This document shows, one piece after another, positions 14,370-26,882 of a DNA stretch of 64,000 bases; within the stretch, counting starts at the first letter, position 1, and the number at the start of each line of letters is the position of its first letter. Origin of the DNA: Octopus vulgaris (lineage: Eukaryota). The stretch is taken from NCBI GenBank assembly GCA_951406725.2, contig OX597821.1, forward strand, positions 22,940,001-23,004,000, given 5' to 3'. Below the pieces are notes generated by a model. It searched no databases, was not told the DNA's origin, and was given only the letters and a program-made list of their open reading frames with translations. The position numbers were made by a program, and so were the translations under genes.

Positions 14370-15341
14370 AGCAGTTCCCGATCATTTTTTGCACCATAGA
14401 CTGGTTCCATGCTAGACAATTTTTCCACAGGGGACCACATACAAAACACAATAAAGTGACCAAGTGTTTAGGGTGTTGCATTTATGCTTGTTAGATTGTG
14501 AGTTTGATTCCTGGACTGGGCAGTGTGAACAAAACACATCATTTCACGTTGCTCTGTGGATGGGAGAATGGCAGAATCATTGGCACATTGACAGAAATTC
14601 TTTAAGGTATAAATTCCAGTTCTCTACATTCGGAGTTCAAATTCCACCTGCAAGTATTCATCTAGACAAAGATCTACTAAAGGCAGCAAGGGAGGGAACA
14701 GGTCCTTCCAGGTCATATAGAGAGTGTTGGAGAAGATTTATATGCACTGGACCTGTCTAAGGACAGATCACTGCTAAATTTGAGTAGATTGCATCTATAT
14801 TACACATACATAGATGTACGTATGGCTGAGTGGTTAGAGGCTTGCTTTCCAAACACATGGTTCCAGGTTCAGTCCCATTGCATGGTATCTTGGGCAAGTG
14901 TCTCCTACTATAACCTCAGGCCAACCAAAGCCTTGTGAGTGGAGTTGGTAGATGAAAAGTGATAGAAGCCTGCTATATAAATGTGTGTGTGTGTGTGTGT
15001 CTCTTTATGTATGCGTTTGTCTTCCACCACAGCCTGACAACCTGTGTTGGCATATTTGCTGAACTTAACAGTTCAACAAAAGGGACCAATAGAATAAGTA
15101 CTTGGCTTTACAAAAGAAATATTAAGTACCAGGGTTGATTCATTCAACTAAAATTCCTTAAGGTGGTTTCTTTAGTATGGCTGCTGTCTAATGAGTGAAA
15201 CAAGCAAAAAATACAATACATATGCAATGCAAAAACATCCTGGAGACTACAATAGCCAATAAAATAGATAAAGTTTAGCATTTTATTGTTTCTATGCAGT
15301 CTGACACTGAATGACCCATAGCCTGGTGGTTGGAGACACCT
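14370..15341. mobile_element. MER1/Charlie-like hAT MITE with nested insertions, including SINE A at ~14815-15210
   Basis: Left end CAGCAGTTCCCGATCATTTTTTGCACC...GACAATTTTTCCAC; right end GGTGGTTGGAGACACCT. Confidence 0.5.
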
Positions 15342-15362
15342 TTTCTATAGAATACAAATGAA

Positions 15363-15650
15363 GGCGCATGGCTCAGTGGTTAGAGCATCGAGCTTACGAT
15401 TGTGAGGTAGTGAGCTCGAATCCTGGACCGGGCTGCATGTTGTGTTCTTGAGCAAGACACTTTATTTCACGTTGCTCCAGTTCACTCAGCTGTAGAAATG
15501 AGTTGCGACGTCACGAATGCCAAGCTGTATCGGCCCCTTTGCCTTTCCCTTGGATAACACTGGTGGCATGGAGAGGGGAGGCCAGTATGCATGAGCGACT
15601 GCTTGTCTTCCATAAACAACCTTGCCTGGACTTGTGCCTGGGAGGGTAAC
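15363..15650 (+). mobile_element. SINE family C
   Basis: A box TGGCTCAGTGG, B-box-like GCTCGAATCC, then the CORE-like body; other copies at 22640-22965 and 32825-33110. Confidence 0.8.
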
Positions 15651-15854
15651 AAAAATAACACTTTACAATCTTAACCATTTCCCTGCCCAAAGCATTTCCA
15701 TAAGTTTGTCCTAAATATCCATGTTTGTTTTCACACTTTTAGTTAACCCTCATTTCATACGTTCTGAGTAGTGTAAAGCTTTCTTTTCATAAATCCCAAA
15801 TTATTCTGGTAGTTGAAAAACAATTATTGGGAATGTATATCATGTCTGATGTAC

Positions 15855-16260
15855 TCTTTTACTCTTTTACTTGTTTCAGTCATTTGACTGCGGCCATGCT
15901 GGAGCACTGCCTTTAATCGAGCAACTTGACCCCGGGACTTATTCTTTTGTAAGCCCAGTACTTATTCTATCAGTCTCGTTTGCCAAACCACTAAGTAACG
16001 GGGACGTAAACACACCAGCATCAGTTGTCAAGCAATGCTAGGGGGACAAACACGGACACACAAACATACAGACACACACATATATATATACATATATACA
16101 ATGGGCTTCTTTCAATTTCCGTCTACAAAATCCACTCACAAGGCATTGGTCGGCCCGGGGCTATAGCAGAAGACACTTGCCCAAGATGCCACGCAGTGGG
16201 ACTGAACCCGGAACCATGTGGTTGGTTAGCAAGCTACTTACCACACAGCCACTCCTGCAT
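15855..16260 (-). mobile_element. SINE family A, full length
   Basis: Head GCAGGAGTGGCTGTGTGG, B box GGTTCAGTCCC, tail (AAAAGAGT)n on the minus strand. Confidence 0.9.
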
Positions 16261-16545
16261 CTATATATGGACATTATGGACATTATGGAAATATGTTCTA
16301 TGATTTTCATGTGATACACAGGACAGGAGAAGGGTTAAAATAGACAACAGATATCGTGTATTATCGTTTGAGGTAGGTGTCTATGACTGAAAAATAAGAA
16401 TACACAATGTAGCTGAAAATGGGAACAATTTTAACCATTTTCCTACCCAAAGTATTTCCATAAGTTCGTCCTAAATGTCCATGTGTGTTCAGACTTTTAG
16501 TTACTCCTCATTTCATATGTTCTGAGTAATGTAAAGCTTGGGAAT

Positions 16546-16739
16546 TAATGTTTATCACCACATTAATATATCTCTTCAGTAGGGATCGACATTACTACCC
16601 TTTTTTTAACCCCAGGAGGAGCCTCCTTCAACTGGCTATCGATGCAATTTACACCCAATATATATTGCAAGCAGGGGAGTGAACCCCTATCATCTTCTGG
16701 CAGACAATAGGATCACCCGACCACATGGTTTCAGTGTAT
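16546..16739 (-). mobile_element. Circularly permuted hammerhead-containing 194-bp element (retrozyme-like)
   Basis: Flanked by TTGGGAAT direct repeats. Minus strand begins atacact-GAAA-ccatgtgg-TC and ends CTGAAGA-gatatattaatg..catta; joining the ends restores stem II. Confidence 0.6.
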
Positions 16740-16865
16740 TTGGGAATATATGTCATATCCGACATCATGGAAATATGTTGTGATTTACATATGATACACA
16801 GGACAAGCAAAGGATTAAAAGAGACAACACATATTGTGTAGTGTAGTTTGAGGTAAGGCTACTAT

Positions 16866-17250
16866 ATTCTTTTATTCTTTTACTTGTTTCAGTCATTTGA
16901 CTGCGGCCATGCTGGAGCACCGCCTCCAGTCAAGCAAATCGACCCTGGGACTTATTCTTTGTAAGCCCAGTACTTATTCTATCGGTCTCTTTTGCCGAAC
17001 CGCTAAGTGACGGGGACATAAACACACCAGCATCGGTTGTCAAGCAATGCTAGGGGGACAAACACAGACACACACACATATATACATATATACGACAAGC
17101 TTCTTTCAGTTTCCGTCTACCAAATCCACTCACAAGGCATTGGTTGGCCCAGGGCTATAGCAGAAGACACTTGCCCAAGATGCCACGCAGTGGGACTGAG
17201 CTCGGAACCATGTGGCTGGTTAGCAAGCTACTTACCACACAGCCACTCCT
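16866..17250 (-). mobile_element. SINE family A, full length
   Basis: Near-identical to 15855-16260. Confidence 0.9.
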
Positions 17251-17356
17251 ATGACTGAAAAATAAGAAATTGCTGTGGCTGAAAGTGGGGAACACTGTTG
17301 AATCAAGGATGATTTGAGTGGTGGGGTCTGAGCAACAAGAATACTACCCAACTGAA

Positions 17357-17835
17357 GGTGGCGGGCTGGCAGAAACGTCAGCATGCCGGGTGAAATGCTT
17401 AGCGGTAATTCGTCTGCCGCTACATTCAAATTCCACCAAGGTCGACTTTGTCTTTCATCCTTTCAGGGTCAATTAAATAAGTACCAATTTCTTTATTACC
17501 CACAAGGGGCTAAACATAGAGTGGACAAACAAGGACAGACATAGGTATTAAGTCGATTACATCGACCCCAGTGCGTAACTGCTACTTAATTCATCGACCC
17601 CGAAAGGATGAAAGGCAAAGTCGACCTCAGCGGAATTTGAACTCACAATGTAACAGCAGACGAAATACCGCTAAGCATTTCGCCCGGTGTGCTAACGTTT
17701 CTGCCAGCTCACCACCTAAATTAGTAAAATAAGTACCAGTTACGCACTGGGGTCGATATAATCGACTTCATCCATTTGTCTCTCCTTGTTTGTCCCCTCT
17801 GTGTGTAGCCCCTTTTGGGCAGTAAAGAAATAAGA
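17357..17835. mobile_element. SINE family B (+) with a second family B copy (-) nested at ~17488-17717
   Basis: The plus copy breaks at ..AAATAAGTACCA and resumes AAATAAGTACCAGTTACGCAC after the minus copy. Confidence 0.75.
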
Positions 17836-17863
17836 AGACTACCTAACCCCATCATCATTATTG

Positions 17864-18817
17864 TTATCAACACCACCACTGCCACCACTACAACCACTAC
17901 TACAACTGCCACCGCCATCACAATCACAATCACAACCACAACAACCTCCACAACAAGAACCACCACTACTACCAATACCAACACAACTGCCACTACTACA
18001 ACTGGCTAACATCATCACTATCACCACTACTGTAACCATCACCACCACTGCAACCACAATCACAACCACCACCACCTCCACAACAACACAACAACCACCA
18101 CCACTACTACTACCACTACCATTACCACCACTACAAGCACAACTACGATCACAACCACACTGCAACAGCAACAACAATAATCACTACCACCACCACCACC
18201 ACCAATACCACAACTACTACAGCCAGCACCATCATCACTGCCACTGCTACTATCACCATCACCAGCACAACCACAGCCTCAACCACAACCGCCACCACCA
18301 CCTCCACCTCCACAACAACCACTACCAACACCATCCCTACCACCACCACCACTACTACCGCCTCTACCACTGCCATTTCTAGCATGAAAAGAGACAAAGA
18401 GTTTCTACAAACAAAGGAACAGATAAAAACAAAGGATTCTCTCATTTAGAGAGTAAACCGGGTGGGGGTAGGGTGGAGGTTTGGGGAAATGGAGGGAGGA
18501 AAATTAACAAGAGGAATAGGAAGAGGAAATGGTAGTGGTGGGGGGGAGAAGTAAAGGTGGGGTGGGGTGGGGTGACGGTGGTAGTGGGTGGGGTGATGGT
18601 GGTTGTGGGTGTGGTGTTGGTGAAGTGAATGTAGTAGTGGTGGTCCTATGGGTGGTGATGGTGGTGGGGTGATAGTGGTAGTGGTGATACGGGTGGGGGG
18701 GGTGGTTGGGGGGGGGGATGCAGAGGTGCTGGTGGTAGTGGTGATGGTGATTGTAGAGGAGGTTGTTGTAGTGGTGCTTGTTGTGAGGTGGGTGGTGGTG
18801 GTAGTGATAGTAGTAGT

Positions 18818-18858
<41 letters not shown>

Positions 18859-19130
18859 TAGTAATGGAGTGGGGATGAAGGTGGAAATGGTGGAAGGGAG
18901 TGATAGTGGTAGTGGTTGTGGTTATCACAGTGGTGATGGTGTTGTTGTTGGTGGTGGTGGTGATGGTGATGGTGGTGATTGTGATGATGGTAGTGGTGGT
19001 GGTGGTGGTGATGGTGATGGTGGTGGTGGTGGTGGTGGTGGTGGTGGTGGTGATGGTGGTGATTGTGGTTGTGGTTGCAATGGTGGTGGAGGTGTTGGAG
19101 GGAGTGGCTGTGGAGGTGGTAGTCATTGGT
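17864..19130. repeat. Degenerate (ACC/AAC)n block followed by a degenerate (GGT)n block
   Basis: CA-rich triplets at 17864-18380, GT-rich triplets at ~18530-19130. Confidence 0.85.
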
Positions 19131-19341
19131 GTATACAATAACTCAACACACAACACACATTCTACACATAACACTCTCCAGAACACTGAACACTGCACAG
19201 GAAACTAACAACATGTGAACCTTAAGCTTCTGCATGGTCGTTCGATCAGCTAGAGATAGCAACCAAATTCTCTTAAATCATACACCCTGCCTCCTTAATA
19301 AAAGGGAACAGAGGGACACATTGTAAAATGTAATCCTAGAT

Positions 19342-19489
19342 CAGGCATGGGCAAACTTTTTCGAGAAATGGGTCACATGAGATATGGCTTATCATCAAGT
19401 GGGCCACACATCTAAAACAAATTCAAGGTTAACTTTGCATTAGGTGTGCCATTCGGAGAATTGTGTAGGCCACAGTATGCTTATGACTG
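19342..19489. mobile_element. hAT-type MITE
   Basis: CAGGCATGGGCAAACT / AGTATGCTTATGACTG termini; imperfect 8-bp TSD TCCTAGAT/TCCCGGAT. Confidence 0.65.
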
Positions 19490-19574
19490 TCCCGGATATA
19501 TGCTGAATGATTAGATCTGAAACAGCAAAATATATTTGGTCATAGGGTCTGCTAAATCAGGACTGACCTAGGGT

Positions 19575-19622
<48 letters not shown>

Positions 19623-19676
19623 GCAGCAGCAGCAACAGCAGCAACAGCAGCAACAGCAGCAGCAGCAGCAGCAGCA

Positions 19677-20062
19677 ATGGTTGTGTGGTAAGAAGCTTGC
19701 TTTCCAATCACATGGTTCCAGGTTCAGTCCTACTGCATGGTACCTTGGGCAAGTGTCTTCTACTATAGCCTCGGATCGACCAAAGCCTTGTGAGTGGATT
19801 TGGTTGATGGAAACAGAAAGAAGCTTGTCGTATATGTGTGTCTTTGTGTCTGTGTTTGTCCCCCACACACCACCACTTGACAACTGGTATTGATATGTTT
19901 GTGTCCTGTAACTTAGCAGTTTGGCAACAGAGACTGATAGAGTAAGTACCACACTAAAAAAAAAAAAGTACCCCGGTTAATTCAATTCACTTGGCTAAAA
20001 ATTCCTCAAGGCGGTGCCCCAGCATGGCCGTAGTCTAATGGCTGAAACAAGTAAAAGGTAAA
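19677..20062 (+). mobile_element. SINE family A
   Basis: Family head and tail motifs; preceded by (CAA)n(CAG)n. Confidence 0.8.
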
Positions 20063-20757
20063 AAAACAAAAGCTAACTATAAGTGGTGGTGTTGTGAGGA
20101 GAAGGTGTTGGTTATTTTATGATTGTTGTTGTTGTTGTTGCTTCTGTAGTTGTTCATGATTTAAATAGTATTGATGTTGTTATTATTGATGATGATGTTA
20201 TTGCAGCTGCTGCTGCTGCTGCTGATGGTAACGATCTTGTCAATAGTGATGATATTGTTACTGTTGCTGTTGTTGTTATTGCTTGTTGTTGTCAATATTG
20301 TTGCTTTTGTGATTGTTGTTGTAGATGCTGTCGTTATTTTCAACATTATTGTTACTGTTGTTATTGTTAAGGCTGTTGAAGCTGGCAGAATTGTTAGCAC
20401 ACCGGGCGGGCAAAATGCTTAGTGGCATTTTGCCCATCTTTATGTTCTGAGTTCAAATTCTACTGAGGTTGATTTTGCCTCTCATCCTTTTGGGATCAAT
20501 AAAGTAAGTACCAGTTGGGCATCGGGGTTGATTTAATCAATTTACCCCTCCCATAAAACTGTTGGCTTTGTGCTGAGATTTGAAACCTTTATTATTGTTG
20601 TATGGATGAGGACAGCTATGTTAAGAAGTGCCGAACTCTGATTATGGAAGAAAGACGTGGGATGAAGTGATGAGAAAGGATTCGATGTTGGCCCTCACTG
20701 AGGAAATGACAAGATACTGAGAGATGCAACGATTTGCTGTACTTGATAAGACATCAA

Positions 20758-20970
20758 CTCTCTTTTACTCTTTACTTGTTTCAGTTATTTGACTGCGGCC
20801 ATGCTGGAGCACCGCCTTTAGTCAAGTAAATCGACCCCAGGACTTATTCTTTGGAAGCCTAGTGCTTATTCTATCGGTCTCTTTTGCCGAACCACTAAGT
20901 TACGTGAACGTAAACACACCATCAGTTGTCAGGCAATGTTGGGGAGACAAACACAGGCACACAAACATAC

Positions 20971-21029
<59 letters not shown>

Positions 21030-21197
21030 TATACAACGGGCTTCTTTCAGTTTCTGTCTACCAAATCCACTCACAAGGCTTTGGTCGGCCCAAGGCTATA
21101 GTAGAAGACACTTGCCCAAGGTGCCATGCAGTGGAAAAATGAACCTGGAACCATGTGGTTGGTAAGCAAGCTACTTACCACACAGCCACTCCTGCAC
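20758..21197 (-). mobile_element. SINE family A
   Basis: Family consensus on the minus strand. Confidence 0.85.
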
Positions 21198-22293
21198 CTA
21201 TCAAGCTAAGCAAAATCACTGTCTTCCAATCATACAGGCTTGTCCTTTCAGGTGCTGGTGCTACATAAAAATCACCTGTGCCAGTAAATGCACCCATGAT
21301 GCAAGTGCTGTGTAAATGCACCAGTGGCACATAAAAAAGCACCCACCACACTCTGTTAAGCAATTGGCATTAGGAAGGGCATCCAGTCACAGAAACCATG
21401 CCACAACAGACAATTGGAGTCTGGACAGCTCCCAGCTGGCTAGCTCCAGGTCAAACTGTCCATCCTATGCCAGCATGGAAAGTAGACGCTAAATGATTAT
21501 GATGATGATGATGGTGATGATGATGTTTATTTTGTAGACTCCAAAGCAACCCAGGTCAAGCAAATATGCAATCAAAGGCTTTGACCATCCCAAAGTATAT
21601 TTGTATGGAAGGAGGTGGTTTTGTGTACCTTTATTCAATGCAAAAGAAAGATTGTTAGGAGTGATTTCACCCTTTAGCATTCAGATTACTCTGTCAAATG
21701 AAGTGCTTATTTATTCACATTGTTTTGAATTTATCATGCATTATCTGTTAGTTTCAAGAATTTGATGATGTAATTGTTTATTTTCAGAGTGGCATTGTAG
21801 AGTTGGTGGGAGAGGCTGAATCTAACCAGTTTGAACATAAAACAAATAGAAATTTGAACTACATCTGGCCCAAACACTAAAGGGATCTGGCTGCTAATTT
21901 TAGTAGGTCGAGTGGACCATATACAGGCTTCTTTGATGAGAGAGAGAGAGAGAGAAAGAGAAAGAGGTGAGGGTATTACAAAGTCTAGACTATCTGTGTA
22001 CTCCCACTGAAGTCCACTCTATACTGTGGAGATGAGTAAGGGTACCCACAACTTCATTTATGTTCAGAAGGCAAGTATGTGGGAGAGAGGAAGTCAATAA
22101 AAGAACAATAAATAAAAGGTTTCAGTTAATAGGCAGTTTACAGCTGTAAAAAGTGAAAGTAAAAGTAAATTGTTCAAAAGCATGGAAGTAAATTGCAGTA
22201 GAAACTGGAACTGATGACATTGACAAACCAAAATTTCATAAAATGAACAAAGAGAACTACCTTCATTATACCATGTCCACGGGCACCTAAATG

Positions 22294-22620
22294 TATCATC
22301 ATCATCATCATCCTTTAGCGTCCGCTCTCCATGCTAGCATGGGTTGGACGGTTCAACTGGGGACTGCGAAGCCGGAAAGTTGCATCAGGCCCAGTCTGAT
22401 CTGGCAGTGTTTCTACGGCTGGATGCCCTTCCTAACGCCAACCAATCCGTGAGTGTAGTGGGTGCTTTTTACGTGCCACCGGCACAGGGGCCAGGCGAGG
22501 CTGGCAACGGACACGAACGGATGGTGCTTTTATGTGCCACCGGCACGGATGCCAGACGGGGCGGCGCCGGCAATGGCCACGATCGGATCGTTCGCTTAAT
22601 CACAGCTGCAATTTCCACTG
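22294..22620 (-). mobile_element. RTE 3' UTR fragment
   Basis: Matches 2723-3070, including the (ATC)n tail; a plus-strand fragment lies at ~21200-21525. Confidence 0.8.
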
Positions 22621-23084
22621 ATAGCAAAATAAAAGGGTAAAGACCCCCTTCGGTCATAAACGACCATGAGATTCCACCTAGAAAGTTTCCCTCTGAGGCT
22701 TAAGTCCTGGCAAGGTTGTTTATGGAAGACCAGCTGTCACCCATGCACACCAGTCTCTCCTCTCCCTTCAACTGATGTTATCCAAGGGAAAGGCAAAGGG
22801 GCCGATACAGCTTGGCACCAGTGACGTCACATCTCATTTCTACAGCTGAGTGAACTGGAACAATGTGAAATAAAGTGTCTTGCTCAAGAACACAACACAC
22901 AGTCCAGTCTGGAAATCAAACTCACTATCTCATGGTTGTTAGCCTGACGCTCTAATCACTCAGCCATTCTAGTGATGTGTTAAGTATTTCAGAAATAGCA
23001 GATGAGATACACTGAACCAATGTATGATACCTAGCAACAAACACCACTGAGAAGTGTAAATCTTTTTAACTTTTATAAAATATA

Positions 23085-23625
23085 TTACTTTTACACTTTT
23101 ACTTGTTTCAGTTGTTTGACTGTGGCCATGCTGGAGCACCGCCTTTAGTCGAGAAAATCGACCCAGGACTTATTCTATCAGTCTCTTTTGTCGAACTGCT
23201 AAGTTACGGGGACGTAAACACCCCAGCATCGGTTGTCAAGCGATGTTGGGGGGAAAAACGCAGACACACAAACACATACATACATATATATATACATATA
23301 TACGACAGGCTTCTCTCAGTTTCAGTCTACCAAATCAACTCACAAGGCTTTGGTCGGCCCATGGCTATAGTAGAAGGCACTTGCCCAAGATGCCACGCAG
23401 TGGGACTGAACTCGGAACCATGTGGTTCGTAAGCAAGATACTTACCACATAGCCACTCCTACACCTATATCTCTTTTTCTCTTTTTCTCTTTTTACTTGT
23501 TTCAGTCATTTGACTGCGGCCATGCTGGAGCACCGCCTTTAGTCGAGCAAATCGACCCCGGGATTTATTCTTTGTAAGCCCAGTACTTATTCTATTGGTC
23601 TCTTTTGCCAAACCGCTAAGTGACA
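23085..23625 (-). mobile_element. SINE family A, full copy plus adjacent 3' fragment
   Basis: Family consensus on the minus strand. Confidence 0.8.
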
Positions 23626-24721
23626 GTTTTCATCATCATCATCATCATCCATTTTCCATGCAAGCAGTTTGACAAGAGCTGGCCAACTGAAGAGCTGCCC
23701 AGGATCCATCTCTGTTTTGGTATGGTTTCTACAGCTGAATGTAAGTTCAATACATTGGTTACATTACACACATTGTTTAAATGAAATTATGGGATGTTGC
23801 TGTTATCACTCCCAGTTTCTATCCCAATTTACTTTCATTTTTTAGGTCAATTTACTTCCACTTTTTTTTTTTACAACCACAAACAGTTTCCTCACATCTC
23901 TACTTTAAGACTAATCTTTAAAACAGAATTTGTTTCTCAAGAGTGTGATGAAAAATCTGAAAACTGTGTTTAGTTTTCTGTTCATTAAATATAATGTTTA
24001 TTAACACATTAGTCACTACTGTTATCTTACACCACCATCATTACTGCCTGCTGTTTCTGGGTCATCGTTATCTTCACAGAAACAAGAAAGCTAATTGTCA
24101 GAAGCATTTATTGCAGTACTAATTCCAGCTTTGTTTTAAAGGCCTTAACTATTATTTCTTCTTTCATAGTTGTCCGTGAAAACTTGACCTACTGACATAC
24201 CTTTGCAATAGCAGGTCAATTAGTTGTCCTGTGGTGGTGATGGTGGTGGTGGTGTACTAAATTCTTACCCCACCCTAACTCACAATCGCCCATTTGTTCC
24301 AGACTTCTTGCAATAGATATTCAAATGGCTTTTTCAGTGGTTATAACTACAATGTTAAACTACCCTAGGTCAAATGCTTGCTTAGTTTTTAATAGTCTTT
24401 TAATAACTACTTATAAATTTTAAAAAAAAGTTTTCTTTGTTGTTTCTGTTTCAAGATCCTGGAATTGATTTGGCGCTCAGCAGACCATGTGGGTGCCATG
24501 ACCATAATTTAACTAACCACAGTCTTATTCTGCCTTTGTTCATCTAGCCCCTTCCTGATGGACATGAATAAGAACACTGTGGAAACAAGCAATATGATGT
24601 GGCTGTTTAGATACTATCAATTTAGTAAGGCTGACTACGCATAAAACTTGTTTTGACAACAGTACTTTTTAGCACTAGAGGCACACACACACACACACAC
24701 ACAAACACACCACACGCACAT

Positions 24722-25105
24722 ATGCATGGCTGTGTGGTGAGAAACTTGCTTCCCAACCATATGGTTCCGGGTTCAGTGTCTTCTACTAAAAGCCTAAGGC
24801 CGACCAAAGCTTTGAGAGTGGATTTGGTAGACGGAAACTGAAAGAAGCTCGTCGTATATATACATATGCATATATTTATGTGTGTGTCTTTGTGTCTATA
24901 TTTGTGTCAACCATCACTTGACAACTGATGTTGGTGTGTTTACTTCCTTGTAACTTAGCGGTTCGAGAAAAGAGACTTATAGAATAAGTACTAGGCTTAC
25001 AAACAATAAGTCCTGAGGTTGATTTCTTCAACTAAAGAAACCACTTTAAGGTGGTGCTCCAGCATGGCCACAGTCAAATGACTGAAACAAGTAAAAGAAT
25101 AAAAG
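24722..25105 (+). mobile_element. SINE family A
   Basis: Family head and tail motifs. Confidence 0.8.
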
Positions 25106-25305
25106 GATACAGTTACACAATTGACATAAACATGGTAATTGTTCAGTTTAGTTATACAAAAAAATGTAAATAAAAATTAAGGGGGAGATAAGTAGTAAAA
25201 GAACCAAAGGGTATTCGGTGGCATAGAAAGAGTCTCAAGAAAGTGTTTTTTGGTCGAAATACCTGACTGCACAGAAGAAATTTTAACTGAGCTGATACAA
25301 AGGTG

Positions 25306-26110
25306 GGATCTTTTCCTTTTGAACGGCACTTTGTAACATAATTTCTAGGTAATTAAAAGTTTTAAACGTCGTATACTGGTAGAATGTGTTTATAAAACAT
25401 CATTTTTCTCTTCTTTATTGAGAAAATTCTATAGTTTGTAAGATATTTTGTCTGAAATTTCGAGCATTTCGGCAATTTTAACCAATCAATTACCTCCATT
25501 GACGTAAACAACATTTCGTGCAGTATGAATATGTCCCTCGTTTAAGAAACAGATTGGGTTTATTTACATTTGTGAAGAAAAAAAGATACCCTTCCCCCAC
25601 CCCTAACTCACCCTAAATCTAAAATAGATTGAAATGCAGATAACTAGGGTTATATTTATGGGTGACAATTTCATACGACACCGCTATGGGAAATGTGAGT
25701 TTTTTCTAGCAATGTCAAATGAAAATGTCACCCATAATTATAACCCTAGTATCGATCTATTGCATTTCAATCTATTTTAGATTTAGGGCTAGAGTTAGGG
25801 TAAGTTAGGGTTAGTTAGGGTTATGGTATCTTTTTTCTTCACAAATGTAAATAAACCCAATCTGTTTCTTAAAGGAGGGACATATTCATTATGCACAGAA
25901 TGTTATTTATGCCAATGGAGGTAATCGATTGGTTAAAATTGCCGAAATGCTCGAAATTAAAGATGAAATATGTTACAACATATAGAATTTTCTCAATAAA
26001 GCCAAGGAAAAATAATGTTTTATAAACAAACTCTACCAGTATACGAAGTTTAAAACTTTTTAGTTACCTAGAAATTATGTTACAAAGTGCCGTTCAATAA
26101 GAAAAGATCC
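25306..26110. mobile_element. Palindromic non-autonomous element (Merlin-type), 805 bp
   Basis: GGATCTTTTC / GAAAAGATCC termini, perfect 8-bp TSD CAAAGGTG, ~380-bp arms, internal CCCTAA/TTAGGG units. Confidence 0.9.
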
Positions 26111-26389
26111 CAAAGGTGGATCTTGCCTGGGTCTCACAGAGTCAGCGATGGATGGCGAGCATATAATAACATCAGCATCCTCAATGGTGGTGTCTACACG
26201 CACAAGGTGATACACAAACATTTTGTTGATCTACATGATCAAGACGTCCACACACAAAATGTGGAAAATATGTGGATGCGGGTGAAAGGGAAGTTGGGAC
26301 GACAGTTTGGGACATCGGACGAATTGCTGGTTTCATATCTGCATGAGTTTTTCTGACGTAATTCCACTGAGAAAAAGAAGACATTTCTT

Positions 26390-26575
26390 GGCAATCCTTC
26401 GGTATAGGTACCGTAAGTTGCTTTGTTTACATTTCTGAAGATAACAGAAACCATTTTCTCCCACCCCTAACCCTAACCCTAACACAAACCCTAACCCTAA
26501 CCCACCATATTTATTTAAAAAAACACTTTCTTGAAATGTATTCGGTACTTCCGGTACCTATACCGAAGTTACGCC
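26390..26575. mobile_element. Small Merlin-type MITE with a telomeric-repeat core
   Basis: TIRs GGCAATCCTTCGGTATAGGTACCG / CGGTACCTATACCGAAGTTACGCC, TSD CATTTCTT/CATTTGTT, (CCCTAA)n at ~26465-26502. Confidence 0.8.
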
Positions 26576-26784
26576 CATTTGTTCACCTTTTGGCAGCGAT
26601 CGCCAGTCTTTATGCTGTATAAAAAGCTGCATCTTTTATTACTTATCTCCCCTTAATTTTATGTATTTTTTTTATATAACTGAACAATTACCCATAAATA
26701 CTTTCCCTCTCCAAACATACATAAAAAGAAATATGCTCACACACATAAATAGAGAGAGAGAGGAGGAGAAGGAGATGAAGATAG

Positions 26785-26882
<98 letters not shown>

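Larger units (their letters stand above)
15670..17295. repeat. Old tandem duplication of ~350 bp, each copy interrupted by different insertions
   Basis: 15670-15850 plus 16280-16430 aligns with 16431-16545, 16740-16865 and 17250-17295. Confidence 0.75.
25134..26692 (+). mobile_element. Merlin (IS1595/ISXO2-like) DNA transposon, internally deleted, transposase relic
   Basis: ~60-bp TIRs starting GGTAATTGTTCAGTT. Transposase VFGGIERVSRKCFLVEIPD..LIQRW|ILPGS..SDGWRAY..VHTQNVENMW..YLHEF..|FVHLLAAIASLYAV* after removing two insertions. Confidence 0.85.

Noticed and set aside
15363-15435. tRNA-like sequences at SINE heads (also 43971, 47744)
   Set aside because: No closed cloverleaf; they continue into repeated SINE bodies without an oligo-T terminator.
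17721-19208. Thr/His/Val/Gly-rich ORFs resembling mucins
   Set aside because: Open in many frames on both strands because triplet repeats lack stops; no domain or splice evidence.
24216-24293. Short minus-strand ORF MGDCELGWGKNLVHHHHHHHHRTTN
   Set aside because: 25 codons; the His run derives from a (CAC)n microsatellite.
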